Assembly (NCBI GenBank): GCA_027067555.1
Contig: JAMOVU010000070.1
Span: 63,461-127,460, forward strand
Length of the DNA: 64,000 bases
Direction: 5' to 3'
Source: Candidatus Aminicenantes bacterium
GTDB taxonomy: Bacteria > Acidobacteriota > Aminicenantia > JAMOAD01
Made by a program: the position numbers and the translations under genes. Position 1 is the first letter of the stretch. Each line of letters starts with the position of its first letter. Of this stretch, positions 9,397-18,312 are shown in pieces. The notes below the pieces were generated by a model. That model saw nothing but the letters and a program-made list of their open reading frames with translations, was not told the DNA's origin and searched no databases.

Positions 9397-10848
9397 TTAC
9401 TTGATACTCCCATAAATATCCCCTATATCAAAATTCCCTTTTTCTTTAATATTATTTTTTATTAAATAAAAATTTGGAACAATAAAAAGGGGAACAAAAT
9501 ATTTTGTTTCAAGGGCTTTTTTATGAGCTATCCTGTATTTTTCCTCTTTTAAATTAAGATTCTCTTCCTTTTCAGCTTCCTCTATTAATTTATCAAGTTC
9601 CTTATTTGAATAATCAAATAAATTTAAAATCCCTCTTCTTCCGTCATAGGAATGAAAAAATTTTAATAAAACATCATCAACTCCCGCAGAATCACTTCCA
9701 TATCCAAAAAGAGTCATATCAAGATCTTTCAGGAAAAAGAGCTTTCTTCTCCATTCTCTATCACTTAATGGAAGTAAAACTAAATTCGGAAAACATTTTT
9801 TCAGCTCCTTAAAAATAACATTTGAAGTGATTCTACTTATTTTATTTGTCTTTCTGAAAATAAAGATAATTCTATCAAGAACCTTTTTCTTGCATTCACT
9901 TTTTTCATTTTTTACTTCGTTTTCTTTTAAAGAATATCTTAACCATGGGGGAACCAATTGATTGATACGATAGGAATTGGGAATTTTAAGTTCGTTTAAT
10001 ATCTTTTCATATGGCAAAATCCTTGAAACCAAAGTTCTTAACTTTTTGTCAGAAAAAGGTTTCTTTCTAAGATTAAAAATCAAAAAATATATATAATTTG
10101 ACGGCTTTATAAGTAAATGGAAATTTTTATCAACCTTTTTGGGAAAAGTGAAAATCTCTGAAATATCATAATTTTTTGAATTAGCAGCATCTGTAACATT
10201 AAAATAGAACTGTATTTCTTCTATACGTGAGGGCTTTTTCCAATATTTCAAAAACCTTCGTAATATTACTTTATCTTTCCCAATTTCGTAAAAGTAAAAG
10301 GGTCCTGTCCCGAGAAAAATTCTTTTTTTATTATCAGAACTTTTTGAAAAAAGATTATTCCCCAAGTAAACAAGTTTAATATCTGAAAGAAGAATTAAAA
10401 AATTATCACTTCTTTTTTTCAACAAAAAAGAAATTTTGTAATGACTCAAAACTTTCACCCGATCTATTATTTTGGCAATATTTGAATATGGAGAATAAAG
10501 CTCTCTTGTAGAAATCCTCACAAAATTCTTTTTTACAATCTCTGCGGTAAGTTCTTCCCCATTGTGAAACTTTACCCCTTTTCTTAAATCAAAAATCCAC
10601 TCTCTCGGGCTGGGATTATACCATCTTTCTGCTAAGAAAGGTACAACTTCTAAATTCTGTTTAATCTTGACCAATGTTTCAAAAACATTTGAATTAACTT
10701 TACAATCGGTGGACCATCCAGTTTGATGGGGATCAAAAATAAACACTGTATTGGGAAAAGATATCTTTAAGATTTTTTTCTCTTTTCTGCATCCAATCAA
10801 ACTAAAAATAAAAAAGATTAACAAAAGGACAAAAAATCTTTTTTTCAT
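9397..10848 (-). CDS. Lipoprotein with solute-binding protein family 5 (oligopeptide/nickel-type SBP_bac_5) domain
   Basis: Lipobox MKKRFFVLLLIFFIFSLIGC. SBP5-like N-terminal lobe reads WSTDCKVNSNVFETLVKIK...VVPFLAERW...WIFDLRKGVKFHNGEELTAE. Its start overlaps the stop of the upstream histidine kinase by 4 nt, so the two are an operon. Confidence 0.6.
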   Translation of the reverse strand: MKKRFFVLLLIFFIFSLIGCRKEKKILKISFPNTVFIFDPHQTGWSTDCKVNSNVFETLVKIKQNLEVVPFLAERWYNPSPREWIFDLRKGVKFHNGEELTAEIVKKNFVRISTRELYSPYSNIAKIIDRVKVLSHYKISFLLKKRSDNFLILLSDIKLVYLGNNLFSKSSDNKKRIFLGTGPFYFYEIGKDKVILRRFLKYWKKPSRIEEIQFYFNVTDAANSKNYDISEIFTFPKKVDKNFHLLIKPSNYIYFLIFNLRKKPFSDKKLRTLVSRILPYEKILNELKIPNSYRINQLVPPWLRYSLKENEVKNEKSECKKKVLDRIIFIFRKTNKISRITSNVIFKELKKCFPNLVLLPLSDREWRRKLFFLKDLDMTLFGYGSDSAGVDDVLLKFFHSYDGRRGILNLFDYSNKELDKLIEEAEKEENLNLKEEKYRIAHKKALETKYFVPLFIVPNFYLIKNNIKEKGNFDIGDIYGSIK

Positions 10849-12557
10849 TCCACCCTCGGCATATAAACAATAAATTCAGCTCCTTTCCCCTCTTCAGATT
10901 TCACCTCCATAAAACCATTCTCATTCTGAACTATAATATAACTGGAGAAAAGACCCAGTCCGGTGCCTTTTTCTTTTGTTGTAAAAAAAGGTTCAAAAAT
11001 TTTATTCTTAACTTCATCAGGAATTCCCGGTCCATTGTCCTTTACAGAAATCATAATATACTTACCTTTTTTAAGAACCGGACTATCCTCTCCCAATAAA
11101 AAGTCTTCAACTTTAAGCCATATTATTTTTTCCTCATTCTTTTCTATTGCCTCTATTGCATTAAGAAAAATATTTATTAAGACTTGAACCATTTTTTCTT
11201 TATTACACTTGCAATAAGCATTCTTAGTTTTAATTTCTTCTCTCAAATCTATCTTTGTCAATCTTGCTGAAATCAATTCAAGTGTTTCTAAAATTATTTC
11301 ATCCACAAGATATATCTTTCTCTCTTCCTCTTTCGCATGAGAAAATTTAAGAAAATTATAAATAATTTCCTGAGTTTCTTTCAGAGCCTCTTTCATGTTT
11401 TCAACATACATTGAAAACTCAGAAGAGGCTTTTTCTTCTAAAATTTCAACATAACCTGCAACTACACCGAGCATATTCTTAATATCGTGAACAATACTTG
11501 CAATAAAAAAGCCCAAGCTCTCCATTTTTTGAGCTATTATTAATTTTTGCTGCAATTCTATTTCAGATGTAATGTCATCTATTATAATAACTTTAAAACC
11601 TCCTTCTACATCATAGGAAGATATGTTATAAGTTCTTCCCTCCAACTTAAGAATTTCATTTTCTTTAATCGACGGGAAAAGCTCGAAGATTTCCCATAAA
11701 AGCCTTTTGTTTCTCTCATACCTTTCCACAAAGACTTTGTTTTTAAACATTATCTTTAAATTTTTGTCAACAATAAAAATTCCCTTCGGAGAACTATTTA
11801 ACACGGACTCAAGAAATCTTCTAATTTCCTGCTCTCTCTTAAAGCTCTTTTCTATTTCCTGAGTCATCTCGCCAAGAGAGGTAGATAATCTTCTGATCTC
11901 ATAAGTACCTGAATTTGCCATATTTTTTAAAAGATCTTTTTCCCTGTTCCCTTCAACATAACTTAACAAGTTTTCTATTGACCTTGTGATTTTTTTCACC
12001 CTTCTATTAACAAAAACCAATAATAGAATAAAGAGAGGAACATTAATAAGTAGAATACCAAAAAAAGATTTTGAAAATACTTTCTTTAAAACGAAAAAAT
12101 CAAAATAATATACATAAGAATAACGATGGCTTCCATCCTCCTCAAAAACAGGAACTACTATAATTAAATAATTTTTATTTTCAATTACATGAGAAGAAAC
12201 ATCCCTAACATAATTTAAAGGGAACTTAATCATCATTTTTTTTTCTTTTTTAAAAAAATCCCTGTAAGAATAAATAAGATTAAAATACACGTCCACTATT
12301 TCAAAATTTTCAAAGCTTTTTTCTTCTCTCACAAGTTTTGATATGAAGGAATGAAATTTTATTGGAAAATGTTTAAGATATAATTTTCGCTGGTGGTTTA
12401 TATTATAAACGGTATTTGCAGTAAAAGAAAAATACCGTTCCTTTAGAGCACTTTGCTCATTTTTTGTAAATATGAAAGAAATGATAAGTGAATTTAAAAA
12501 GACAAAAACAAGAAAAAAAGAGAAAAATGAAAGAAATAATTTTTCTTTTAATTTCAT
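10845..12557 (-). CDS. Sensor histidine kinase (2 TM with periplasmic sensor, PAS-like, HisKA, HATPase_c)
   Basis: TM1 at the N-terminus and a second TM at about residues 165-185. H-box is IASIVHDIKNMLGVVAGYVEILE. N, G1 and G2 boxes are present (NIFLNAIEAI...DNGPGIP...GTGLGLFSSYIIVQ). No DNA-binding response regulator is adjacent. Confidence 0.8.
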   Translation of the reverse strand: MKLKEKLFLSFFSFFLVFVFLNSLIISFIFTKNEQSALKERYFSFTANTVYNINHQRKLYLKHFPIKFHSFISKLVREEKSFENFEIVDVYFNLIYSYRDFFKKEKKMMIKFPLNYVRDVSSHVIENKNYLIIVVPVFEEDGSHRYSYVYYFDFFVLKKVFSKSFFGILLINVPLFILLLVFVNRRVKKITRSIENLLSYVEGNREKDLLKNMANSGTYEIRRLSTSLGEMTQEIEKSFKREQEIRRFLESVLNSSPKGIFIVDKNLKIMFKNKVFVERYERNKRLLWEIFELFPSIKENEILKLEGRTYNISSYDVEGGFKVIIIDDITSEIELQQKLIIAQKMESLGFFIASIVHDIKNMLGVVAGYVEILEEKASSEFSMYVENMKEALKETQEIIYNFLKFSHAKEEERKIYLVDEIILETLELISARLTKIDLREEIKTKNAYCKCNKEKMVQVLINIFLNAIEAIEKNEEKIIWLKVEDFLLGEDSPVLKKGKYIMISVKDNGPGIPDEVKNKIFEPFFTTKEKGTGLGLFSSYIIVQNENGFMEVKSEEGKGAEFIVYMPRVE

Positions 12558-12593
12558 AATAAAAATCCGCTTCCCGTTGCGGGAAGCGGATTT
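12551..12593 (-). terminator. Rho-independent terminator after the OPT gene: perfect 14-bp stem, 3-nt loop, followed on the minus strand by a U-tract
   Basis: Plus strand reads AAATCCGCTTCCCG-TTG-CGGGAAGCGGATTT at 12563..12593. On the minus strand the stem is followed by TTATTATG, where that ATG is the annotated start of the histidine kinase gene. Confidence 0.6.
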
Positions 12594-12599
12594 ATCTAT

Positions 12600-14639
12600 T
12601 TATTCTGCTATTTGAGTTGCCGGTTCATCCGGGTCCCCTGCTTTTTTTAGAGGCAAAGCGACAAGATAAAAACCGATAAGGACCAAGAAAACCAATCCTA
12701 ACAAATAAGAAGCATGCTCAAAAATTGCCGGAATTGAAATATCAAAGAACTTTAAGGCAGCAATAATAAGGCCGGTTAAAGCTTCTCCTGCTATTAATCC
12801 CGAAGCAAGTAGAACTCCTGTATTCTCCACCCTTGCTTTTTGATTGTCATTGAGCTTATTTTTCTTAATTTTACTATCAACAATCCACTTTATCATACCA
12901 CCAACAAAAATCGCAAAAGTTGTTTCAAGGGGAAGATACATACCAACAGCCACCAGCATAGGTGACTTAACCTTTACCATTACAAAGGCAAGCCCCATCA
13001 ACATACCTACAACAACCAAAAGCCATGCCATGTTTCCACCAACAATTCCTTTCGTTAAGTCAGCCATAAGACCAGCCTGAGGTGCAGGCAATGCTTTACC
13101 GCCAAAACCTTCTCCTCCTCCTTTAATATCTCCTATATGTAAAACCAAAAGAGGAAAATACATAATTAAAGAACCAACAAGAACTCCTATTAAATCTCCT
13201 ACCTGCATCTTCCAGGGGGTTCCTCCAAGTATATGTCCGACCTTCAAATCCTGAAGCATTTCTCCTGCAACAGCAGAAGATACACAAACAACTGCCGCCA
13301 CTCCCAGAACCGCAGCAATTCCGGCAGTTCCTTTAGCACCGATTACAAGCATTAAAAGAGCGGCTATAATTAATGTAGATAGAGTTAACCCTGAGATCGG
13401 ATTATTGGAAGATCCTATTAAACCTACAAGGTTTCCTGAAACAGCTGCAAAAAAGAAACCAGCAACTGCCATTACAAGAGCAGCTGTTAACGCTGCATTC
13501 CAAGAATGAGTAAACACATAATAGATAATTGTCATTGCTATAAGTGTTAGGAAAAGGCCTATTGCCACGATCCTAAAATTAAGGTCTTTGTCTGTTCTCT
13601 TTGTTGAAGTTTCCTGTTTTGTAGCTTTCTTAACATCGCTTACAGCTCTTTTCATCCCAAGAGCAAGATTTTTTCTCATTTTATAGAGAGTGTAAACAGC
13701 TCCAACTAACATACCACCAACAGCAATAGGTCTTACAATTGATTTCCAAATCAATATTGCTGTCTTATACCACAATTCTGCACCTTCAACACCTCCTCCA
13801 ACAGGAAAATAGGTAGTCAGATTTGGGCCTGTAAAGAATATTACCAGTGGCACAAAGAGTCCCCATGCAAGAACACCACCGGCAAAGTTCAAAGCAGCTA
13901 ACTCCGGTCCTATTATATATCCAACTCCTATATAGGCAGGGCTTATAGCTGGTCCCGCAAAGGTGGCTTTTCCTCCTACTTTTATTTTAGGAAGGATTTC
14001 CTTACCGGCTAATTTTAATTTACCAATTGAAAGATTGAGAGTCTTTCCCAATCCAAAGATAAAATCTTTTGAAGCTGCAAAAAATTTAAAAACACCCAAA
14101 AGATAGATTAAACTACCAACACCCATAGCTTGAAAGAGATATTTCGCTCCTTCTCCTCCTCTCTGCCCAGCCTTATGAATTTCCGAAGCTGCGACAGACT
14201 CAGGAAAAGGCAATTCTGGATCTTCAACCATAACTTTTCTTAAAACAGTTACAAAGAGGATACCTAAAACACCTCCTACAAGCATCAATGCTGATGACTT
14301 CCAGTATGCTTCAACACTATCAAACTTTTTCCATACTCCAGAAATAACAAAAGCAGGAATAGTGAAAATTGCTCCTGCAGCTATAGATTCTCCGATGGAA
14401 CCTATCGTTCTGGCTATATTTTCTTCAAGGATTGAACCTTTAACCAATTTCAATATAGCCATTCCGATAACAGCAGCAGGATAAGTAGCTGCAATGGTCA
14501 TACCGGCTCTAAGTCCGAGGTATGCATTGGCAGCTCCAAGCACAACTGTCATAAATAGACCAAGTATAACAGCTCTTAATGTAAATTCTTTAAGATCTGT
14601 CTCATCGGGTACAAAAGGGGTAAATTTCTCCTTACTCAT
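12600..14639 (-). CDS. OPT-family oligopeptide transporter
   Basis: 679 aa and polytopic. The N-terminal region FTLRAVILGLFMTVVLGAANAYLGLRAGMTIAATYPAAVIGMAIL is characteristic of the bacterial OPT superfamily. It is Gly/Ala-rich throughout. Confidence 0.8.
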   Translation of the reverse strand: MSKEKFTPFVPDETDLKEFTLRAVILGLFMTVVLGAANAYLGLRAGMTIAATYPAAVIGMAILKLVKGSILEENIARTIGSIGESIAAGAIFTIPAFVISGVWKKFDSVEAYWKSSALMLVGGVLGILFVTVLRKVMVEDPELPFPESVAASEIHKAGQRGGEGAKYLFQAMGVGSLIYLLGVFKFFAASKDFIFGLGKTLNLSIGKLKLAGKEILPKIKVGGKATFAGPAISPAYIGVGYIIGPELAALNFAGGVLAWGLFVPLVIFFTGPNLTTYFPVGGGVEGAELWYKTAILIWKSIVRPIAVGGMLVGAVYTLYKMRKNLALGMKRAVSDVKKATKQETSTKRTDKDLNFRIVAIGLFLTLIAMTIIYYVFTHSWNAALTAALVMAVAGFFFAAVSGNLVGLIGSSNNPISGLTLSTLIIAALLMLVIGAKGTAGIAAVLGVAAVVCVSSAVAGEMLQDLKVGHILGGTPWKMQVGDLIGVLVGSLIMYFPLLVLHIGDIKGGGEGFGGKALPAPQAGLMADLTKGIVGGNMAWLLVVVGMLMGLAFVMVKVKSPMLVAVGMYLPLETTFAIFVGGMIKWIVDSKIKKNKLNDNQKARVENTGVLLASGLIAGEALTGLIIAALKFFDISIPAIFEHASYLLGLVFLVLIGFYLVALPLKKAGDPDEPATQIAE

Positions 14640-14648
14640 CTCTCCTCC

Positions 14649-15020
14649 TTAGTAGGATTTTTTTATTACTTCATAAATTGTCTTAATTAAAACATCCGGC
14701 TTTACTGGTTTTTTCAAATAAGCAGCAGCCCCCCTCTCCATTGCCTCTTTTATATCCTCTTCCCCCTGCTCTGTTGAAAGCATTATCACCGGAATTTCTT
14801 TAAAATCATCTGTCTCTTTAACTCTTGATAAAAACTCCATTCCATCCATGTTAGGCATATTTATATCACAGATAATTAAATCTATAGGGTTCATAGTTAA
14901 AACATTCAAGGCCTCAAGCCCATCACCCGCCTCTAAAATTTCTCCCTTGAAGACTTTTTTTAATGCTATTTTAACCATTTTTCTTATTATTGCAGAATCA
15001 TCAACCAATAAAAAATTCAT
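14649..15020 (-). CDS. CheY-like single-domain response regulator (receiver only)
   Basis: Acidic pocket LLVDDS, phospho-acceptor Asp in LIICDINMP, Thr in IMLST and Lys in YLKKP. 123 aa with no output domain. Confidence 0.8.
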   Translation of the reverse strand: MNFLLVDDSAIIRKMVKIALKKVFKGEILEAGDGLEALNVLTMNPIDLIICDINMPNMDGMEFLSRVKETDDFKEIPVIMLSTEQGEEDIKEAMERGAAAYLKKPVKPDVLIKTIYEVIKKSY

Positions 15021-15871
15021 TTAGCACCCCCTTCTGGTTTTCTGTAAACCATAACTCCCTTCAATGGTTTCAACAAAAATAAATTAGTAACTTTAAAAAG
15101 AGTATCAGACATCCCGAGAAACAGATAACCTCCCGGATTTAAAGAGTTGTAAAGATTGTTTGCAACTATCTTTTTAGATTCAAGGTCAAAATAAATCAAA
15201 ACATTTCTACAAAAAATCACATCAACATTCTTAATTGTAGCTGTTTGAGTCTTTGAGAAAAGATTTACTACACTAAATGTCACCATCTTCTTTATTTCAT
15301 TGTTGAGTTCATAAAAACTTCCCTTTTTTGTAAAATACTTTTTCTTCAATTCTTCCGGAGTATTTCTAAGATCAGGTTCCGAGAAAATTCCCGAACGGGC
15401 GGTATTAATAACCTCTGTGTTTATATCTGTACCATAAATATTTATCTTAACTCCCTTATCTGTAAAACCATGCTCCTTAAGCATAATAGCTATAGAATAG
15501 GGTTCCGCCCCATTCGAGCATGCAGCACTCCAGATTCTTATACTTTTAAGAATATCATTTTTTTTCTTTTCAAGAAGCTCCGGGATAACAACATCTACAA
15601 GAGCTTTAAGCTGAGGCATCTCCCTAAAAAAATAGGTCTCGTTTACAGTTAAAAGATTATATAAATCTTTAAGCTCATCCTTTCCCCTTCTATCAAATTT
15701 CAGAAAACTAAGATACTCTTTAAAAGAATTAAATTTTGATTCTTCCAATCTTTTTACTATTCTCTTCTTAAAAAAATTCCACTGACTTCCTTCAAAAGCA
15801 AGACCGGTCTGCTCATAAAGCAATTTTTTTATTAATAAAAGCTCATCCTCTTTTATTTGTTCAACCCTCAT
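15017..15871 (-). CDS. cheR: CheR-type protein-glutamate O-methyltransferase
   Basis: Motifs TYFFRE, IWSAACSNGAEPYSIAIML, ARSGIF, IFCRNVLIYFD and PGGYLFLG. It overlaps both neighbours by 4 nt. Confidence 0.85.
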   Translation of the reverse strand: MRVEQIKEDELLLIKKLLYEQTGLAFEGSQWNFFKKRIVKRLEESKFNSFKEYLSFLKFDRRGKDELKDLYNLLTVNETYFFREMPQLKALVDVVIPELLEKKKNDILKSIRIWSAACSNGAEPYSIAIMLKEHGFTDKGVKINIYGTDINTEVINTARSGIFSEPDLRNTPEELKKKYFTKKGSFYELNNEIKKMVTFSVVNLFSKTQTATIKNVDVIFCRNVLIYFDLESKKIVANNLYNSLNPGGYLFLGMSDTLFKVTNLFLLKPLKGVMVYRKPEGGAK

Positions 15872-18312
15872 TTTTTACTCCAATCAAATTCAAAGTTTAA
15901 AAGGAATGGATCTATTTTTTCTCTCTCAAGTTTTTCTATCATCTTTATTGAATCATCGCCTGTTTCTTTAAAAATAGAATAGAGATGAAGATAAGCAGTT
16001 CCCCTCACACTTACGGCTTTTTCTTTTAATGCTAACTTTAAATGATTTATAGATTCTTTATCTTTTATTCGTCTGTAAACAATCAGGAAAGCTCTTTTCT
16101 CACCATAAGATCTTAAATTCTCATATATTTTGATAACTTCATTTTTATGTGATTCAGAGATCCCCTCCAAATACTCAAAAAGCTCTGGTATAAATTTTTT
16201 ACGAGAAAACATATAGTAAATTAAATTTGTACAAAAAACATTCATATTTTTTAAAGCTTCCAATATGGAAGTTAAGAGAAAATCAGGATAATCTTCTTTT
16301 TGATTTTCAGTAAGTTTTTTTATAGATTCCACAGCAGGAAAATATTTAGAGTTTCCCAAAATTCTGATAGAAGAAGATAAAATATTATAATCATTCGAGT
16401 TTTCAAGTATTTCCTTAACCTTTTCCAAAACAGCCTCTTCTTCCACTTTAATTCCGCTTAAAGCTTCCAAAACAGCCGTTAAAAGAAATGAATCATCTGT
16501 ATTAAGAAGATTCTTCAACTCTTCATAATAATAGGCATCAGGTTTTTTACCTATACTCTCCACTGTAAGATAAATAAATTGCTCATTGTTGTTCTCTTTT
16601 AAAATTTCTTTAAACTTTTTCTTTATTCTATCATCTTCCAATTCTGAAAGAGTATAAAACAGGAGAGAAAAATTCACATCCATCTCAGGATCAATAAATT
16701 CCAAAAGATAATTAACAACCTCAGATGTTCCTATTCTTCCCAATGAAATAATGACCTCATCCTTAACTTCATCACTCTCATCATTAATAAGTGCTGCAAT
16801 CGCCGAAAGTTTGTCTTCATCCAGCTTATCTTTTTTTTCTTTGTAATAATAACCAAGACTTCTAAGAGTCATAGCTCTTACATTAGGGGATGCATCACCT
16901 AAAAATAATGCATAATTTTCATCTAAAAAATCTGATTTCATTATTCCCAATGCCTTTATTGCCATCTCCCTTAAAGTGGGATTTTCATCATTCGCATATG
17001 TTTTGATCTCCTCTTCAAGTTCAACATACCTGGATACAAGATGAATAGCTTCCCTTAGAACACTTTCATCGGTTTCATCTTTAATTATATCAATAAGGCT
17101 TTTAAGGTCTTCTCTTTCTAACCAATTTCCCCATTCTTTTATAGTAAATACCTTTATTATTGGGTCAAAAGAGGATTTCACACATTTAAAAAACCAATCC
17201 TTTTTCTTTTCCTTTTTTTTCTCCCCTATATATCTAATAATTGATTTTACCACAAACTTTCCATACTTTCCCGAAGAAAGAATCTCCCAAGGGTCAACAT
17301 CTTCAACAGAGTTTTCCAATAAAACTCTTTCCGCGCTTTCATTTATCTCTTCCCTTTCAAGATATGGCAATAAAGAGCTTAATGGGACCTTTGCTCCTAC
17401 CCAGATTATTGAATCAAAGACTTTAATTAATTGCTCATTGGTAAAATTTTTTACCAAGGAAAGAATTTTCCCGATAAATTGGCCCGCTACTCTTTCTCTC
17501 GTTTTTTCTTTAATCGCTTCAAGCACCCACTCTAAATTTTCTTCTTTCAATCTCTCCTTAATATTACTTAAAATTTCAGCCCTTGCAAGAACTGCCTGGG
17601 TAATAATATCCTTATCCTCGGTCTTTAAAAGTTTTAAAAGAGGGAAAAAAGCTCTTTCGTCTTTTATCTTACCCAAAGCTTCTATTGCAGGCAATTGCAA
17701 AATCTCAGAGTCAAGATACTCTATCAAATAAGGGACAGGATAAGAGTCTCCTATTTCTCCAAGGGTAACTATATATGGAATCTTTGACCATTCATCTTCT
17801 TCTTTTAACATTCTTTCTGTTAATATTTCAACTTCAAGCTCAGCTTTCAAAAGCCCTAAAGCCTCTATTGCACTTTCTCTGACATTTTGATCAGGATCGT
17901 CAAGCATCTTTACAATTGAATCAATTGCTTCTCTTGCCCTAACCATTCCCAATGTATTAAGAGAAAGAATTCTCACATCAACATCATCACTTTCAAGATT
18001 TTTTACAAGAAAGGGAATCACTATATCTCCCCTCTCTTTTAAAATAGATCTTGCTGCATTTCTTTCTCTTGCATCCTGTGATCTAATCTTTTCTACTAAA
18101 AGAGGAACATCCTCCTTTCCTATTACTTCTATCAAAGCTTCTACAATTGCATTCCTTACCTGCCATAGCGGATGATTTACCTTCTCTATCAGAATTTTTC
18201 TTGCTTCTCTATCAGGAATTTGAGCTAAAACCTGTACCCCCATTAATGCTTGTTCAAGATCTTCGGAATCCAACATTTCTCTATAATATTTCAATTCCTC
18301 ATTTTCACTCAT
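15868..18312 (-). CDS. Large HEAT / PBS-lyase HEAT-like repeat protein (814 aa)
   Basis: Repeated 30-40 aa units of the form ...VR.AA..ALG..., for example HPLWQVRNAIVEALIEVIG, DVDVRILSLNTLGMV, DQNVRESAIEALGLL and NVRAMTLRSLGYY. No enzymatic motif is recognised. Confidence 0.7.
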   Translation of the reverse strand: MSENEELKYYREMLDSEDLEQALMGVQVLAQIPDREARKILIEKVNHPLWQVRNAIVEALIEVIGKEDVPLLVEKIRSQDARERNAARSILKERGDIVIPFLVKNLESDDVDVRILSLNTLGMVRAREAIDSIVKMLDDPDQNVRESAIEALGLLKAELEVEILTERMLKEEDEWSKIPYIVTLGEIGDSYPVPYLIEYLDSEILQLPAIEALGKIKDERAFFPLLKLLKTEDKDIITQAVLARAEILSNIKERLKEENLEWVLEAIKEKTRERVAGQFIGKILSLVKNFTNEQLIKVFDSIIWVGAKVPLSSLLPYLEREEINESAERVLLENSVEDVDPWEILSSGKYGKFVVKSIIRYIGEKKKEKKKDWFFKCVKSSFDPIIKVFTIKEWGNWLEREDLKSLIDIIKDETDESVLREAIHLVSRYVELEEEIKTYANDENPTLREMAIKALGIMKSDFLDENYALFLGDASPNVRAMTLRSLGYYYKEKKDKLDEDKLSAIAALINDESDEVKDEVIISLGRIGTSEVVNYLLEFIDPEMDVNFSLLFYTLSELEDDRIKKKFKEILKENNNEQFIYLTVESIGKKPDAYYYEELKNLLNTDDSFLLTAVLEALSGIKVEEEAVLEKVKEILENSNDYNILSSSIRILGNSKYFPAVESIKKLTENQKEDYPDFLLTSILEALKNMNVFCTNLIYYMFSRKKFIPELFEYLEGISESHKNEVIKIYENLRSYGEKRAFLIVYRRIKDKESINHLKLALKEKAVSVRGTAYLHLYSIFKETGDDSIKMIEKLEREKIDPFLLNFEFDWSKK

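Noticed and set aside
12600-14639. The OPT transporter gene looks noticeably more GC-rich than its neighbours, a possible horizontal transfer signal.
   Set aside because: The protein is dominated by Gly/Ala/Val/Leu/Pro membrane-helix residues, whose codons are GC-rich. It is embedded by 4-9-nt junctions in an operon with native-looking genes. Composition alone is not evidence of HGT.
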